DNA of 63,250 nucleotides, counting the filler, from an uncultured virus (IMG/VR IMGVR_UViG_2049941000_000294) (lineage: Duplodnaviria > Heunggongvirae > Uroviricota > Caudoviricetes). It is 10 parts of one record of this genome, joined end to end, with 100 filler letters (N's around TTAATTAATTAA, not from the genome) between each part and the next. Parts side by side here need not be neighbours in the genome. Positions count along the whole stretch, not along the records: positions 14,363 to 37,542 come from IMGVR_UViG_2049941000_000294; 9 more parts are not named here. One strand, 5' to 3'. Under the pieces are notes generated by a model, which had not been told where the DNA came from, searched no databases, and worked only from the letters and a program-made list of their open reading frames with translations. Both the position numbers and the translations under genes were made by a program. Below, piece after piece: positions 21,540 through 32,718 of the stretch; position 1 is the first letter of the stretch, and every line of letters starts with the position of its first letter.

Positions 21540-22041
21540 GAGTCATCCTCCTCGTTACGGAGTCACGTTCCGCCTCGATTTCGAGCTCGAGCATCGGGAC
21601 GACAGTTTCGCCGGAGTACGCAGAGTCGATATTGAAGTCGTCACACGTGAACGTGGTGCCGTTCTTGATGACCGCAAGTTCGCAGTCCTTGCCAACAGCG
21701 GAATCTGCGACGCCGATGCGTAAATCCTGATCAACCCACTCGTCCCACTTTACGAACGAAAGCTCGAATGAGCCCGAAGCATCCTCGCCTCCGGTCACGA
21801 ATTTCAGCTTCACGTTGCCCGCGATTTTTTCCTTTCCGGGAGCGAGGCCAATAGCGCCCGAAGCCAAAAGCCTCGCACGGACGATGCGAAACTCACCGCC
21901 CTTGAACTGCACCTCGTCCGCAAGCGCAAAAGAAAGCGAGTGACACTCCAGCGCTGCATCTGCTTCGACACCGAACGAAGCCTGTCTTGAGTTACCTGTG
22001 AAGGTGTAGCTCGAATCAAGAACTGCATATACACTATACAT
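21508..22041 (-). CDS. Hypothetical tail-region protein
   Basis: 177-aa ORF between the receptor-binding protein and target A. Confidence 0.7.
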   Translation of the reverse strand: MYSVYAVLDSSYTFTGNSRQASFGVEADAALECHSLSFALADEVQFKGGEFRIVRARLLASGAIGLAPGKEKIAGNVKLKFVTGGEDASGSFELSFVKWDEWVDQDLRIGVADSAVGKDCELAVIKNGTTFTCDDFNIDSAYSGETVVPMLELEIEAERDSVTRRMTHGYVQNKFDI

Positions 22042-22056
22042 AGTTTACCTCTTTTT

Positions 22057-24813
22057 TTAAAGCCTCATTAAAAATTCTTCGACAAACGTCGATTCAAATT
22101 CCATAGCATGAGCGTTCGGGTGCGTGTTGTCGGCACTTACGCGGAACTGTTGCAAACGCAGGTCGTGAGCCGCCTGTGCAACATTCGGCTTGCCGTTCAC
22201 ACGATGCAACAGCGGGACGTTGTAGTCGAAGTTTTCATCCAGCACGGCGACGCCCCATTTTTCGGCGCAATCCTTCGCCGCCTGCGGGTAGTCCGTATTG
22301 TCGCAACCGTTGGACACGATTACGCCTATCTTTGCGAACGGGTAATTGGTTATAAGATACTCAAGGACAACGTTCCACGCACCGTACTCTGTTTCTGTCG
22401 TGTTGTCGCTGATTGTGCCAAGAGGGATGTTCTTGTGTCCCGGACCGTCATTGATGCCGAACTTCAACGTGATGTAGTCAACGTCCTGCGGAATCTGGTA
22501 CAGGCGTCCCGTAGATGGATACGTGAAGCTGTCCTGCGCCGTTGACGTTCCCGCCTTGTAGCCGATCGTGGAACCGGACACCGCGAAGTTTACGACCGTC
22601 ATGTCGTTACGAAGACCGACATAGAGAGGATAGGACTTGTTCTGCCCTTGGTACTTTCCGTCAGGGAACGGGTCCGAAACACCCTCGGTGAAACTGTCAC
22701 CGCAAGCGTACCATTTCTTTCCCTTGAGGATGGAATTTCCCGAACCGCCCGAAGCGGCCTCCTTCAATTCCTCGTGGGTGACGTAACGTTCAGTATAGAG
22801 CGTATTCGCGAACGTGGCGATGTTCGCGATGTTTTCCGAACTCGCGGTAGTCCCCGAAATCGAGACAAATCCGAGCCGGACAAACTTCGTAGTCGGATTG
22901 GCGGTCAAGATTGAAGCAATAGTGACAACGTTTCCGGTCTGCTGAATCAGCGGGTTGTCGATGTACGAACCGTCCGCTGCGTAGCAATAGTAGTTCGCAT
23001 TTGATGCGGTCACTCCGCTCTTCATCGTTATCGTGAACGTGCTGCCTGCCTGTAACTCAAGAAGCTTTGTCGAAATTCGACCGTCGGCAGAATATGGCAA
23101 CCCGTCGTGAGTACCGATGCCGTAGTTTTCCCACATGTCCGGGTCGTTAAGGTCATACGAGCGTGTCATCTTGGCGTCTATGGCGCCTATCCTTGCTGAA
23201 AGCGGAGCCACGCACTGCGCCACGGCCGTATCTACATACGTCTTCGTCGCGTAATCGGAGCTAACCTTGATTGGCTGGTTGAACGTGATTATGTTGGACA
23301 AGTTCGCAGCAGAACATTCGACGCCGGAAACGTTGATTATGGCAAGATAGAACTTCTTTGCGGTAGGGTTGTTTTGGACAAACGTTGCCAACGTTGAAAC
23401 GTTCTGAAGTCCTGCGATGAAAGTACCGTTTTCCGTGTACGCGTAGAAATACACGGTATTTCCAAGGAACGACGCACTGGCTCCCTTCGTGAAAGAGAAA
23501 ACCGACGTCGGGTCGATTTCAAGCATGTCGTTAGTCGCGAGACGTTTCCCGTTGGAGCCTGAATCGTATCTATTGCCATAGTTACCGTCGATAGTCCACG
23601 TGCCCCAGAGACTGGAGTCGTTGAGGTCTAGATAAGCGGTAGGCGTATCACCTCCTCCGCCGCCGCCACCTCCACCGCCGCCGGAAGCCGCAATGGCCGC
23701 ATCGACGTATTCCTTCGTCGCATACGGATTCTCGTACAAAGTCGCAGCAAAAGAAAGTATGTTAGTCACGTTCGACGCAGACGCCGTTCCGCTGCTCAGT
23801 CTGACTTCAATCTTTATCTTGTCTGTAAGAGGATACTGGGTCTTGATTACGGACACGGCACCGCCGGTTATATTTGTCGCGTTCACGTAGCCAAGATAAG
23901 TCCCGTCCATCTTGTAGCACATCGCATTCCACGTCTGCAACGAATAGCCGGATTTCATCGTGAACGAAATGACAGAATCGTCCGTAAGATACAGATCGAC
24001 GCTGTGCATCCTGGACGAGTTAGACTCGCTATTGCCAGTCGTTGTGTTCAGCCCCCCGTCACGCCACTTGGCAGACGAATTCAAATCGACAACAACTTTC
24101 AAATCTCCCGTCTCGATGTCTTCGATGGCCTCCTGCAAAGAATCGCAGAGGTTATCGACGTACTCTTTTGACGCTACGTTATACACGTACACATCCGCAT
24201 TGAATGTCACGATGTCGTCAAGGTTGGACGGTATAACAGCCACAGAACCTGTCGGAATCATCGACAACTTAAATAGTTTAGCTTCGGGATGGCTCTGAAT
24301 CCACGTCGGGAAATTCTCCACCGAAATTAGTCCGGAAATAAAGGTTCCGTCATCTTCGTAAGCGTAAACATATATCGAAAGCGACGTAATATTCGCACCT
24401 TTCGTGTAATCGAATATCGTATTGGGCGCAAGCGCCAAGCTATCCGGGGTGCTCAACCTAGAATCGCTAGCCGAAACGCTACCGTTAGTCGAGTCGATTT
24501 GCGAATTAGTCCATAGGCTCGAATCGTTCAAGTCTATCGTCGATACTAATACACCTAAATCGCTTGCTTTGGCAAGCAAGTTCGCAGGGACCTTCTTTTT
24601 GCCGGTTGCAGTTTGCAGCTCGAAGCTCGCATCAGTGGTCAGATCGGAGTCCGTTGCGGTATTCGTTAATGCGGAGGTATTGGCGGGAATGGTGCGCGGG
24701 CCGTCAGTTTCGTTACTGACAACGGTTACATCATCAACGCCGGGAGCTTCAGTCGATTCAAGATCGGCGACAAAATCTTTATAATTGACATATTCAACTT
24801 CAGTAGCAGACAT
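22057..24813 (-). CDS. Receptor-binding/tailspike protein with four repeated modules and a C-terminal SGNH/GDSL hydrolase
   Basis: GDSFT, AVSGS, FGIND and DNTHPN blocks; N-terminal anchor shared with 41413-43635. Confidence 0.85.
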   Translation of the reverse strand: MSATEVEYVNYKDFVADLESTEAPGVDDVTVVSNETDGPRTIPANTSALTNTATDSDLTTDASFELQTATGKKKVPANLLAKASDLGVLVSTIDLNDSSLWTNSQIDSTNGSVSASDSRLSTPDSLALAPNTIFDYTKGANITSLSIYVYAYEDDGTFISGLISVENFPTWIQSHPEAKLFKLSMIPTGSVAVIPSNLDDIVTFNADVYVYNVASKEYVDNLCDSLQEAIEDIETGDLKVVVDLNSSAKWRDGGLNTTTGNSESNSSRMHSVDLYLTDDSVISFTMKSGYSLQTWNAMCYKMDGTYLGYVNATNITGGAVSVIKTQYPLTDKIKIEVRLSSGTASASNVTNILSFAATLYENPYATKEYVDAAIAASGGGGGGGGGGGDTPTAYLDLNDSSLWGTWTIDGNYGNRYDSGSNGKRLATNDMLEIDPTSVFSFTKGASASFLGNTVYFYAYTENGTFIAGLQNVSTLATFVQNNPTAKKFYLAIINVSGVECSAANLSNIITFNQPIKVSSDYATKTYVDTAVAQCVAPLSARIGAIDAKMTRSYDLNDPDMWENYGIGTHDGLPYSADGRISTKLLELQAGSTFTITMKSGVTASNANYYCYAADGSYIDNPLIQQTGNVVTIASILTANPTTKFVRLGFVSISGTTASSENIANIATFANTLYTERYVTHEELKEAASGGSGNSILKGKKWYACGDSFTEGVSDPFPDGKYQGQNKSYPLYVGLRNDMTVVNFAVSGSTIGYKAGTSTAQDSFTYPSTGRLYQIPQDVDYITLKFGINDGPGHKNIPLGTISDNTTETEYGAWNVVLEYLITNYPFAKIGVIVSNGCDNTDYPQAAKDCAEKWGVAVLDENFDYNVPLLHRVNGKPNVAQAAHDLRLQQFRVSADNTHPNAHAMEFESTFVEEFLMRL

Positions 24814-24825
24814 AATTCAATCTCC

Positions 24826-25210
24826 TTACGTTTGGCTTTCGGTGCTAGTTCCGCCACTAACAAGCAAAATAGCGTACACAAGAGTCGTATTATCAACAGT
24901 AACGCTACGAGTCCCAACACACATAAATTCTCGATACCCATTTTCATAAAACGGCACAAGTTTCGCAGGCGATGCAGCATCATAGAACACATACACTCTA
25001 CGCACAGTACTTACATTAGAGCAATAAACACGCTTAACTTGTCCAACACTCCAATGTTCTGCCATCTGCCAAGCACGCCATTCTTCCATTCCGGTTTCTT
25101 GGTCAATGTCGTCAGAATACTCGAACGAAACAAGCCCAGCATCAAAAAACTTTGACGTTTTCAGCGAAACGGCATTTACATTACCCAATTCCATCTTTCC
25201 GCTGAAAAAT
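24826..25210 (-). CDS. Tail fibre adaptor, C-terminal part (N-terminal part at 26736-27068)
   Basis: Homologous to 40532-41395. Confidence 0.75.
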
Positions 25211-25561
25211 NNNNNNNNNNNNNNNNNNNNNNNNNNNNNNNNNNNNNNNNNNNNNNNNNNNNNNNNNNNNNNNNNNNNNNNNNNNNNNNNNNNNNNNNNN
25301 NNNNNNNNNNNNNNNNNNNNNNNNNNNNNNNNNNNNNNNNNNNNNNNNNNNNNNNNNNNNNNNNNNNNNNNNNNNNNNNNNNNNNNNNNNNNNNNNNNNN
25401 NNNNNNNNNNNNNNNNNNNNNNNNNNNNNNNNNNNNNNNNNNNNNNNNNNNNNNNNNNNNNNNNNNNNNNNNNNNNNNNNNNNNNNNNNNNNNNNNNNNN
25501 NNNNNNNNNNNNNNNNNNNNNNNNNNNNNNNNNNNNNNNNNNNNNNNNNNNNNNNNNNNNN

Positions 25562-26188
25562 TCCTTCCATATCAGTAAGCACACGCAAAACGTAGCTGTA
25601 CACAACCTTGATGTGTGCCGGTTTAATCTTTTCAACAATGGCCTCAAGCTCCGAATCTCGCGGAGTCCCAAGAGACGCATTGCACTTCGATTTGCACGTC
25701 ATGCCTCGCGGACCCGGAGAATCGCGATACACTTTGATAAGAACAAAGAAATTTGCCATATCGCCATTCTTTTCGGCCACCCAAGCGGGAAAAACTGAAG
25801 GACTCTTGAAAAACTCGTAAATATCGAATCGCGCGCCGTAAAGTTTCAGAACCGAACGCAGATAAGGCACGGTGCAGCCGCCCTTACTACGAGATACACG
25901 GACAATCTCTCTTTTACGACCTGCATTTGTACTTTGTTCAAGACCTTTCAACGGAAGTCCGAGTTCGCGTTCCCAATCGGAATAAGACGTCGTCTTCAGC
26001 GGACTGCATTCGTCAACAAGATGTCTAAGGCTGTCGTGTACCGCCTTGAATCCGGAAGCGAAAGCGGAAAAAAGCTTCCACCAGTTCCCGTTCTTGCCTG
26101 TAAACCAAGCAAAGCCACGCGGCATAAGGCCAAGAAGCGCATAACGGAAATCATCTTCCGCTCGAACCGGCAAATTCCAGGTCTGTGA
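25562..26188 (-). CDS. Mu gp48-like (DUF2313/YmfQ) baseplate protein fragment
   Basis: LLGLMPRGFAW...DWERELGLP...KPAH. Confidence 0.85.
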
Positions 26189-26198
26189 NNNNNNNNNN

Positions 26199-26725
26199 GT
26201 AGAGCATCGCGCCCAGCACGTGCGCAAGAACCTTCAGCACGCCTTTTCGCAGCGTGCTGGACTGGCCGTAAAACTGGACGGCCATCGCATTCTCGACAAT
26301 ACGGACAAGGTCCTGCAAACTTTTAAATTCCATCTGTAGCCTTCCACTTGATTTCGTAAAGCAGCGCGACGTTTTCGCTGTCTGGCCGTTCTATCGTGAT
26401 TTTAATCGACATCGTTTCCTTATCGACGATTTCTGCGCTGCACTTTACAGATTTCGCCACGCCGTCCTTGACCATCCACGAAAGAGCTTCGACGACAAGC
26501 GTCTCGACCTGGCGGGCAGTGTCATCGGTAAGTTTTCCGGGAAAGGCCTCGTAGATGTATCCGCCAAGAGTTCCCTTTTCATCGAGAGCGTCACCCCACC
26601 AACCACCTACAACGGGAGAAAGGTTCGCCACCTTGTCAAGGTTGCGTTCGCGTGCATAGGTGCCGATGGATATGATGACAACGTTTTCGAGGCTGTCCGT
26701 AGTAAGCAAGTCGTGGTCGGCCTCG
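26199..26725 (-). CDS. Divergent Mu gp46-like gene (26323-26725) and gp47 start (26199-26333) from a second phage lineage
   Basis: LENVVIISI, GGWWGD and LSWMVKDGVA motifs. Confidence 0.8.
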
Positions 26726-27347
26726 NNNNNNNNNNTATTACCACTGGGGAATTCGTGTATATAGTACTAGATAAAGTAAAATTGCTTGGATTATGGATAA
26801 TTAGCAATCCGCCTTTATAATTACCGATATTGACAGTTGCATCATTCGACACAATCGATTTAAGACCGAGTTTTTCAATCACTTTCCAAACCTGGCTATC
26901 GTCTGACTGGTCCAGTTCAAGCCCACCACCAAGAACAACGTTCTGAAGCTCACTCTGAATCATGTTGAAAAAAGCAGCATCGAGATCCGTCGCCGGTATC
27001 AACTCGCTTTCATTGCCATCGGTAAATTTGTGTTCTTCGGTCGCCGTATCTGTATTTATGTAGTACATAATAACCTCTATACGATAATCATTCGATTACT
27101 GTCATCAACAATCGGGTTNNNNNNNNNNNNNNNNNNNNNNNNNNNNNNNNNNNNNNNNNNNNNNNNNNNNNNNNNNNNNNNNNNNNNNNNNNNNNNNNNN
27201 NNNNNNNNNNNNNNNNNNNNNNNNNNNNNNNNNNNNNNNNNNNNNNNNNNNNNNNNNNNNNNNNNNNNNNNNNNNNNNNNNNNNNNNNNNNNNNNNNNNN
27301 NNNNNNNNNNNNNNNNNNNNNNNNNNNNNNNNNNNNNNNNNNNNNNN

Positions 27348-28314
27348 TAACGCCGCGAAAATAACGCTTAATCGCATCGGTAACGCTTTCTTTCACAGAG
27401 TCGTTGAACGGCGTCACGCTCGCAGAAACTTCGAGCGAAACAGGCGTAACGCTGAATACACGAACATCAGCGCCAATAGGCCTCCGGGCATCGCTTGTCA
27501 AATATCCCTTAACCTCTTCGACCTGGTCAGCAGTGCACACGATGTTATCGCTGTTGTAATTGGCGATAGCAACGCTCACAGAATTGACGTTCGGCTTTTG
27601 AGGAAGGATATACGCATCGGTAACAAACTGGTGTCTTGTAGCCCACGTCCAGTAATCATTTTTCGAGCCTCCGTTTACGGGATTTTGGATCCTGTTCTGC
27701 AAGCGAGCCCGATACATTTCGGCAGTTTCGCCCCAGCCTTGCACATCGCCATTGACAAGCACTACAAATAAAGCGCCGCCAGCAATATCTTTGGAGCTCA
27801 TTGATTCAACGCCAGCAATATCTACGTCGCGAAATTCCAGCGCAACGCCGTCGTCAAGGTTAGAATCAGCACCGTACACCAAAGCCCTCACCGGGACATC
27901 CTTTGCGGAGTTCGTCACCGTTGTAGTTGTAATTACTTCGTATTCAAGACTCGACGACGAATCGGTAATTACAGTGCCTTCCGGAATCGACACGGAGCTG
28001 GTGCCGCTTGCAAGCACTACACGCGCATATCCAGTAGCGTACATCGGAGGCTTGTGCGGCACACCGTATTCAGTGCCGAAGCCGTCAAGACGATCAACGT
28101 CGCAACTCCAGACAAAGGCGTTTTTCCAGATTTTCTTTTCGATAAGGACAAGCAGATGGAGCGCACCGCCGACAACGGCGGCAAGTACCTTGAAAACGGA
28201 TTTACGCAAGACGCCCGTCGTCGGCATATCCGCAAGCCTGTTCAGCATGTCAAACTGGACAAACAAGGAATTTTCTACAATTCGAACAAGTTCTCTTAAG
28301 CTCTTAAATTCCAT
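27348..28314 (-). CDS. Baseplate J / Mu gp47-like protein, partial (further pieces at 58735-59002, 62179-62337, 62736-63250)
   Basis: ATGYARV, IPEGT and ETAEMYRARL...GGSKNDYWTWA motifs. Confidence 0.88.
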
Positions 28315-28625
28315 CGGTAGCCTTCCACTTCAGCTCATATAAAAAAGGATCCTCTTTCTTTCCATCCGGGCGCGTAATAACAACAGACAAAGCAAGAATC
28401 TTGTCTTCATTGATAATATTCGAGGAACAATCAACAGATTTGGCAACGCCGTCGTCAATCATCCACTGCAGGGATTCTTTTACAAGATTTTCGACAGACT
28501 TGGCGGTCGATGGAGTAAGTTTCCCTGGGAAAGCCTCGTACAGATAACCGCCCAAAACACCCTTGTCATCAAGAACGTCGCCCCACCATCCGCCAACGCA
28601 CGGCTTTAAATTCGCATTACGGCCA
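28304..28625 (-). CDS. Mu gp46-like baseplate protein, partial
   Basis: Nearly identical to 58278-58745. Confidence 0.85.
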
Positions 28626-28636
28626 NNNNNNNNNNA

Positions 28637-28962
28637 CAATACACCGGACGTGACAACAAGGCTATCGGCAATTGCAAAGGTAACGGAGATGCCGAAATCG
28701 CTCTTGTCGTCTGTGCGACGGGGCTTTCCGAAAATACGGTGCTCAACATGAGCTCTTGTGACGTAAATGCCATTGCCGAGGTTGCCGCAAATTTTTTAGC
28801 CAATGGCGTGGCGTAGGCCTTGATGACGGTTTTGCCGTGCTTGCAGGCGTGTTCCATTGGTCTTACAGAGAAATTATGGATCTTAGTTCCGAGGAATTTA
28901 AATACAGTCTGAAAGCAGCTGAAAAATTCCTTAAATGGAAAACTCCGAAATCTGTGAAGTGA
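28637..28962 (+). CDS. Tail assembly chaperone with -1 frameshift extension (P2 E/E'-like); not in ORF track
   Basis: Frame 0 ends ...AANFLANGVA* at 28816; slippery TTTTTTA at 28792-28798; -1 frame open to 28962 with LAGVFHWSYREI; upstream of the tape measure gene. Confidence 0.8.
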
Positions 28963-29077
28963 AATCCATTCTTTGAGTTAGATTATTAAGCCTGGGGCAA
29001 ACGCTACAGGCTTTTTACGTGAAAAAAGATGTGTTAAAAAGGTTCTTTTTTTGCATGCTTTGGATGATATTTGAATC

Positions 29078-29958
29078 ATGGCCAGTAAAATAAATGCCCA
29101 GATCGGGCTGAATGTAAACAAGAGCTCCGTCGATGCGGTTGTAAACAACGTTTCGACTGTTAAAAAGCAGGTCCAAAGCGTCGGTCCTGTTTTTGACAGC
29201 CTCCAAAAAAAGATTGAATCTTTGGGCAGCGTCGCCAAATGGGCTGCTATTGGTGCCGGAGCTGAGCGTGTTTTTGGCGGCATCAAGAGGATTGTCGATT
29301 CCGTTTCGAATTCGTTCAAAAAGCAATTCGATTTCGCTCAGTCTTACGCTTCTTTTGGTGACAGGATCGCAAAAACGTCGCGCCTTGTCGGTATGTCCGT
29401 CAAGGACTATCAGGCGTTCGCTTCGGCTGCAAAGCATGCCGGAATGTCCACCGAAGAGATGGACAGCGCCTTGCGAAAATTCAGCGTGAACCTGGGTAAA
29501 GCGCGGGCTGGTGACCGTGCCGCGTCAAAGATGTTCGATTCTATTCTTGGAGGTCGAAAACTTTCCGGTTTCAAGGATTCGACGTCGTTGATTTCCGCCA
29601 TTGCTGATGGCTATAAAAAACTTAATTCCGCCGAACAAAAGGCTTTTGTAACAAATGAACTTTTCGGACGTGGCAGCGTTAAAATGGCTGAACTTTTGTC
29701 CGGAGGTGGCGAAGGTTTGCAGAACGCCTTGGCGAATTTCGAAGGCGGTTTTTCCGAAGAGGGAGCGAAAAATGCGGAGTTGTTTAACGACGAATTGCAA
29801 AAGACCCAGGAGATTATCGACTCTTTGAAAATTTCGGCGGCTCAGGAACTGTTTCCTGTCATTACGGAAATGTTCAAGTCTGTGCAAAAGTTTGTCAAGG
29901 AAAACCGAGCTGAACTTTTGCCGGTCGTCAAGGATCTGGTCGCTCATTCTGTCGAGTT
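29078..29958 (+). CDS. Tape measure protein, N-terminal part (other pieces at 32729-33719 +, 61272-61531 -, 61548-62168 -)
   Basis: Helical Ala/Lys-rich protein, LFGRG motif, hydrophobic segment; between the chaperone and gpN. Confidence 0.85.
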
Positions 29959-30023
29959 NNNNNNNNNNGTAACAAAAATAAGCGACCCAAAGGCTCAAAA
30001 AAATATTTTTGACACAAGTTTTT

Positions 30024-30554
30024 TTACGACCCAGGATTCGGAGGGCTCGGGCTACCCGGAGCAGCCGTCGCGTGCATGTGCGTTGATAGGCTTACACGAG
30101 TTGACTTCCGCATAGCAGTAATCTCGCCATCGGCTTCAAGCTTACCGCCAACAGTCATATTGCCGGTCGTCTCGATATCGCCCACGAATCTAAACTTTTT
30201 CGAATCGGTCACCAGCTCGATACTACCATCATCCTTGAGCTTGATGCCGGAGCCAAACGGCGAATGGACCATCACTTCACCAGGATTCAACTCCGGGCAT
30301 TCGCCACGCGTCGCAATGACAACGCCGTTTTCACGGCTGCCGCCGACGAATATCGCCACACCGTCAACATCGCCTTTAGGGCGACTAGAGAAGCCATACT
30401 GCTGCATCAGCTCGACGTTACGGCGTTTTTCATCGGCGACAAGGCCGATATCGGAGAGCATCTCGCCGGCCTTGTACTTGGTCGCCGTAATCACGCAACG
30501 GCCCACAATCAGCCGCAAACGGGCCAACAGGGGCTCTAAAAGACTCATACTCAT
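30024..30554 (-). CDS. Mu gp45-like baseplate spike
   Basis: QQYGFSSRP motif; C-terminal HxH. Confidence 0.88.
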   Translation of the reverse strand: MSMSLLEPLLARLRLIVGRCVITATKYKAGEMLSDIGLVADEKRRNVELMQQYGFSSRPKGDVDGVAIFVGGSRENGVVIATRGECPELNPGEVMVHSPFGSGIKLKDDGSIELVTDSKKFRFVGDIETTGNMTVGGKLEADGEITAMRKSTRVSLSTHMHATAAPGSPSPPNPGS

Positions 30555-31603
30555 CCTTGCACCGCCTTCTTGATACTCGCCCACGGATCCGCCTTTGCAG
30601 CCTTCCTCGCCTTGGATTTCTCAGGCTGTGGCAAAAAAGAATCCGGCTGTACCAGCGTCAAGTTTGTCACCTGGCCATCGCCACCCCACGAATATTCGAC
30701 GCTTGAAACAAGCAGGTCAAGCGGAGATTTGACGAATAAATCCGGGGCGACGAACGAACAAACGGTTCCCGGCTCCCAAAGTCCCCCAGAATGAGCCCAT
30801 CCGATAACGCTCGCGTTGACCGCCATCGATTTCGCCTCGCGGATGCGGCACTCCCAATCGGCACGGGCTTGAACTTTATCCTTATCGACGGAATTCGAGT
30901 CCACCAGAACGAACGGCCTTGAGCGCCGCACGTCTTTGTCGTTTGCGATGCCTATAGCCTTGTTTTTCGCGCTGCCGGTGCCATACACGGTGTACTTCGA
31001 AAAACGGTCTGAAAGCGACAAATCCACGGAAGCAGAGACGAGGTTTTCTCCTTGCTGCAACATCGGGCCACGTGGTGCTTTTTCGGGCGTAAAGAGAAAC
31101 ACAGTCCCACGGCCATCGGAGCACGGCATCACGCCTCGCTCTTTGCACAGTTTCGACAATGTATCAACAGCTTTACTCCCAGGATCGACTGCAAACCTCT
31201 TAAAAGGCATGCCGACATCTACGTTGTAGCGGTTGTCAAACCGGATGTCAAATCTCGCGCATATCGAGCGGATAATCTCGTCCATCTTTTTATTTTCCCA
31301 TTCGAATGGACTTTCAATGCAGCAATCGGACAAGTCGATAGTTTTTTCGTTTCCGGAAACGGTCACCTGACGCGAACCCTGCGAAAATGACGTAGATAAC
31401 TTGTCCGCATAACCCGAAAGAACCTTTTTGCCATCGACGGCAATCTCGACAGAATCACCTGGGAAAATACTCACGTCGTCGCCGCTTTCGGACTTTGCGA
31501 CAAGAGTCAGCGAAAAAGCAGCCGCTATATGGTCGATCGAACGGGACACGCTCGCGCCCGTCCAGTAAGAAAACTTTCGACCGTTGGCAAAAACTTCAAT
31601 CAT
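30551..31603 (-). CDS. Mu gp44/gpP-like baseplate hub
   Basis: WTGASVSRSIDHIAAAFSL...DRFSKYTVYG...RADWE. Confidence 0.9.
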   Translation of the reverse strand: MIEVFANGRKFSYWTGASVSRSIDHIAAAFSLTLVAKSESGDDVSIFPGDSVEIAVDGKKVLSGYADKLSTSFSQGSRQVTVSGNEKTIDLSDCCIESPFEWENKKMDEIIRSICARFDIRFDNRYNVDVGMPFKRFAVDPGSKAVDTLSKLCKERGVMPCSDGRGTVFLFTPEKAPRGPMLQQGENLVSASVDLSLSDRFSKYTVYGTGSAKNKAIGIANDKDVRRSRPFVLVDSNSVDKDKVQARADWECRIREAKSMAVNASVIGWAHSGGLWEPGTVCSFVAPDLFVKSPLDLLVSSVEYSWGGDGQVTNLTLVQPDSFLPQPEKSKARKAAKADPWASIKKAVQG

Positions 31604-32718
31604 TTCGAAAGCACCTTCAAAGAATCCCTCGTCACCAGAAGCGGGTCACCGATATCGTTGCGCTCCAGGATATCATCAAGTTTATCGAGGTTGCCGTAAC
31701 AGTCAAAGCAAATCGACAGGACATCTCTCGTCGCAGGCAACGGCAATTCCACAATCTCAGCAAGATGCGTCATTTCGTCGCGTAGATACTTGAGAGAGGT
31801 CGCTTCGAGGTCCGCCAATTCAGCGTAATCGTCAACAGATTCCATGTTGACGGCAGCCCCTTCGAACGCAACAGCCACACGCTCCTGCATCTCGCGGGCT
31901 TCATCCGCACTGACAAAAGAGCTGTTGACTACAGATTGCGCAGCCATCGAAGCTGCACTCATAACGACCAGCCGGTCGATTTTCGCGTTCAGTTCCGAAG
32001 CGGCAACTCCGGAAGAATCAGGCGTACCGCCTTGAGACGACATAACCGTGAGGCTTTCGTTCACGTAATCGTTGAATCCGCCTTCCGGATCAACAGTCTC
32101 TTTCGCCATTGTCAGCAAACGCTGAACGCGAGCCGCAAAATCGGCAGGCGTCTGCAAGATAAGCTGAACATTCTCGCGGATTCGCGAAATAGTCTGAACA
32201 AACTGCGAAGCGTCACGCATCGACTGGCGTGCACACTCAATCTTATCCATCACCATCGACACGTGCGAAGACACGGAATCGACAANNNNNNNNNNACGGT
32301 CAAAAACTTCTTCCAGGCGTTCGCGGTCAAGCTCGCAATTCGGACCAACGAGATAAATGGACAACGTAAAACTTTTTACCTTCTTGCCCAAATCCTGGTT
32401 TACATGTTTGTCCGAAAACGGTAAAGCAGTCGTTACAATTTCACGACCGCCGGACGTTTCAGTTTCCTTGTAATAAAAAGGAATGCCGTCGTAAGATGCA
32501 GCGACACATTCAACGTCGCCATTTACCGTGCTGACCACTACCTTCTGCAGCGAATCTACGTANNNNNNNNNNGCAGACTTTTTCGGGTCCTCTTCCGGAA
32601 CAAACGTAGCCTCGCCTTCAGCGTACTCATAGACTTCGGAACTGTACTTTAAACGGTATTCAGGGCATCGGGCGTAAAATTTGCCATAGTAAGGATGGAC
32701 AAATTCAAAAGAGCCTTC
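31600..32718 (-). CDS. Mu gpN-like DNA circularisation protein, scrambled fragments (also 36853-37542, 56450-56647, 61054-61272)
   Basis: ASYDGIPF...GGR...PFSD...DLG and HPYYG motifs. Confidence 0.82.
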   Translation of the reverse strand, partial: EGSFEFVHPYYGKFYARCPEYRLKYSSEVYEYAEGEATFVPEEDPKKSXXXXYVDSLQKVVVSTVNGDVECVAASYDGIPFYYKETETSGGREIVTTALPFSDKHVNQDLGKKVKSFTLSIYLVGPNCELDRERLEEVFDRXXXXVDSVSSHVSMVMDKIECARQSMRDASQFVQTISRIRENVQLILQTPADFAARVQRLLTMAKETVDPEGGFNDYVNESLTVMSSQGGTPDSSGVAASELNAKIDRLVVMSAASMAAQSVVNSSFVSADEAREMQERVAVAFEGAAVNMESVDDYAELADLEATSLKYLRDEMTHLAEIVELPLPATRDVLSICFDCYGNLDKLDDILERNDIGDPLLVTRDSLKVLSK

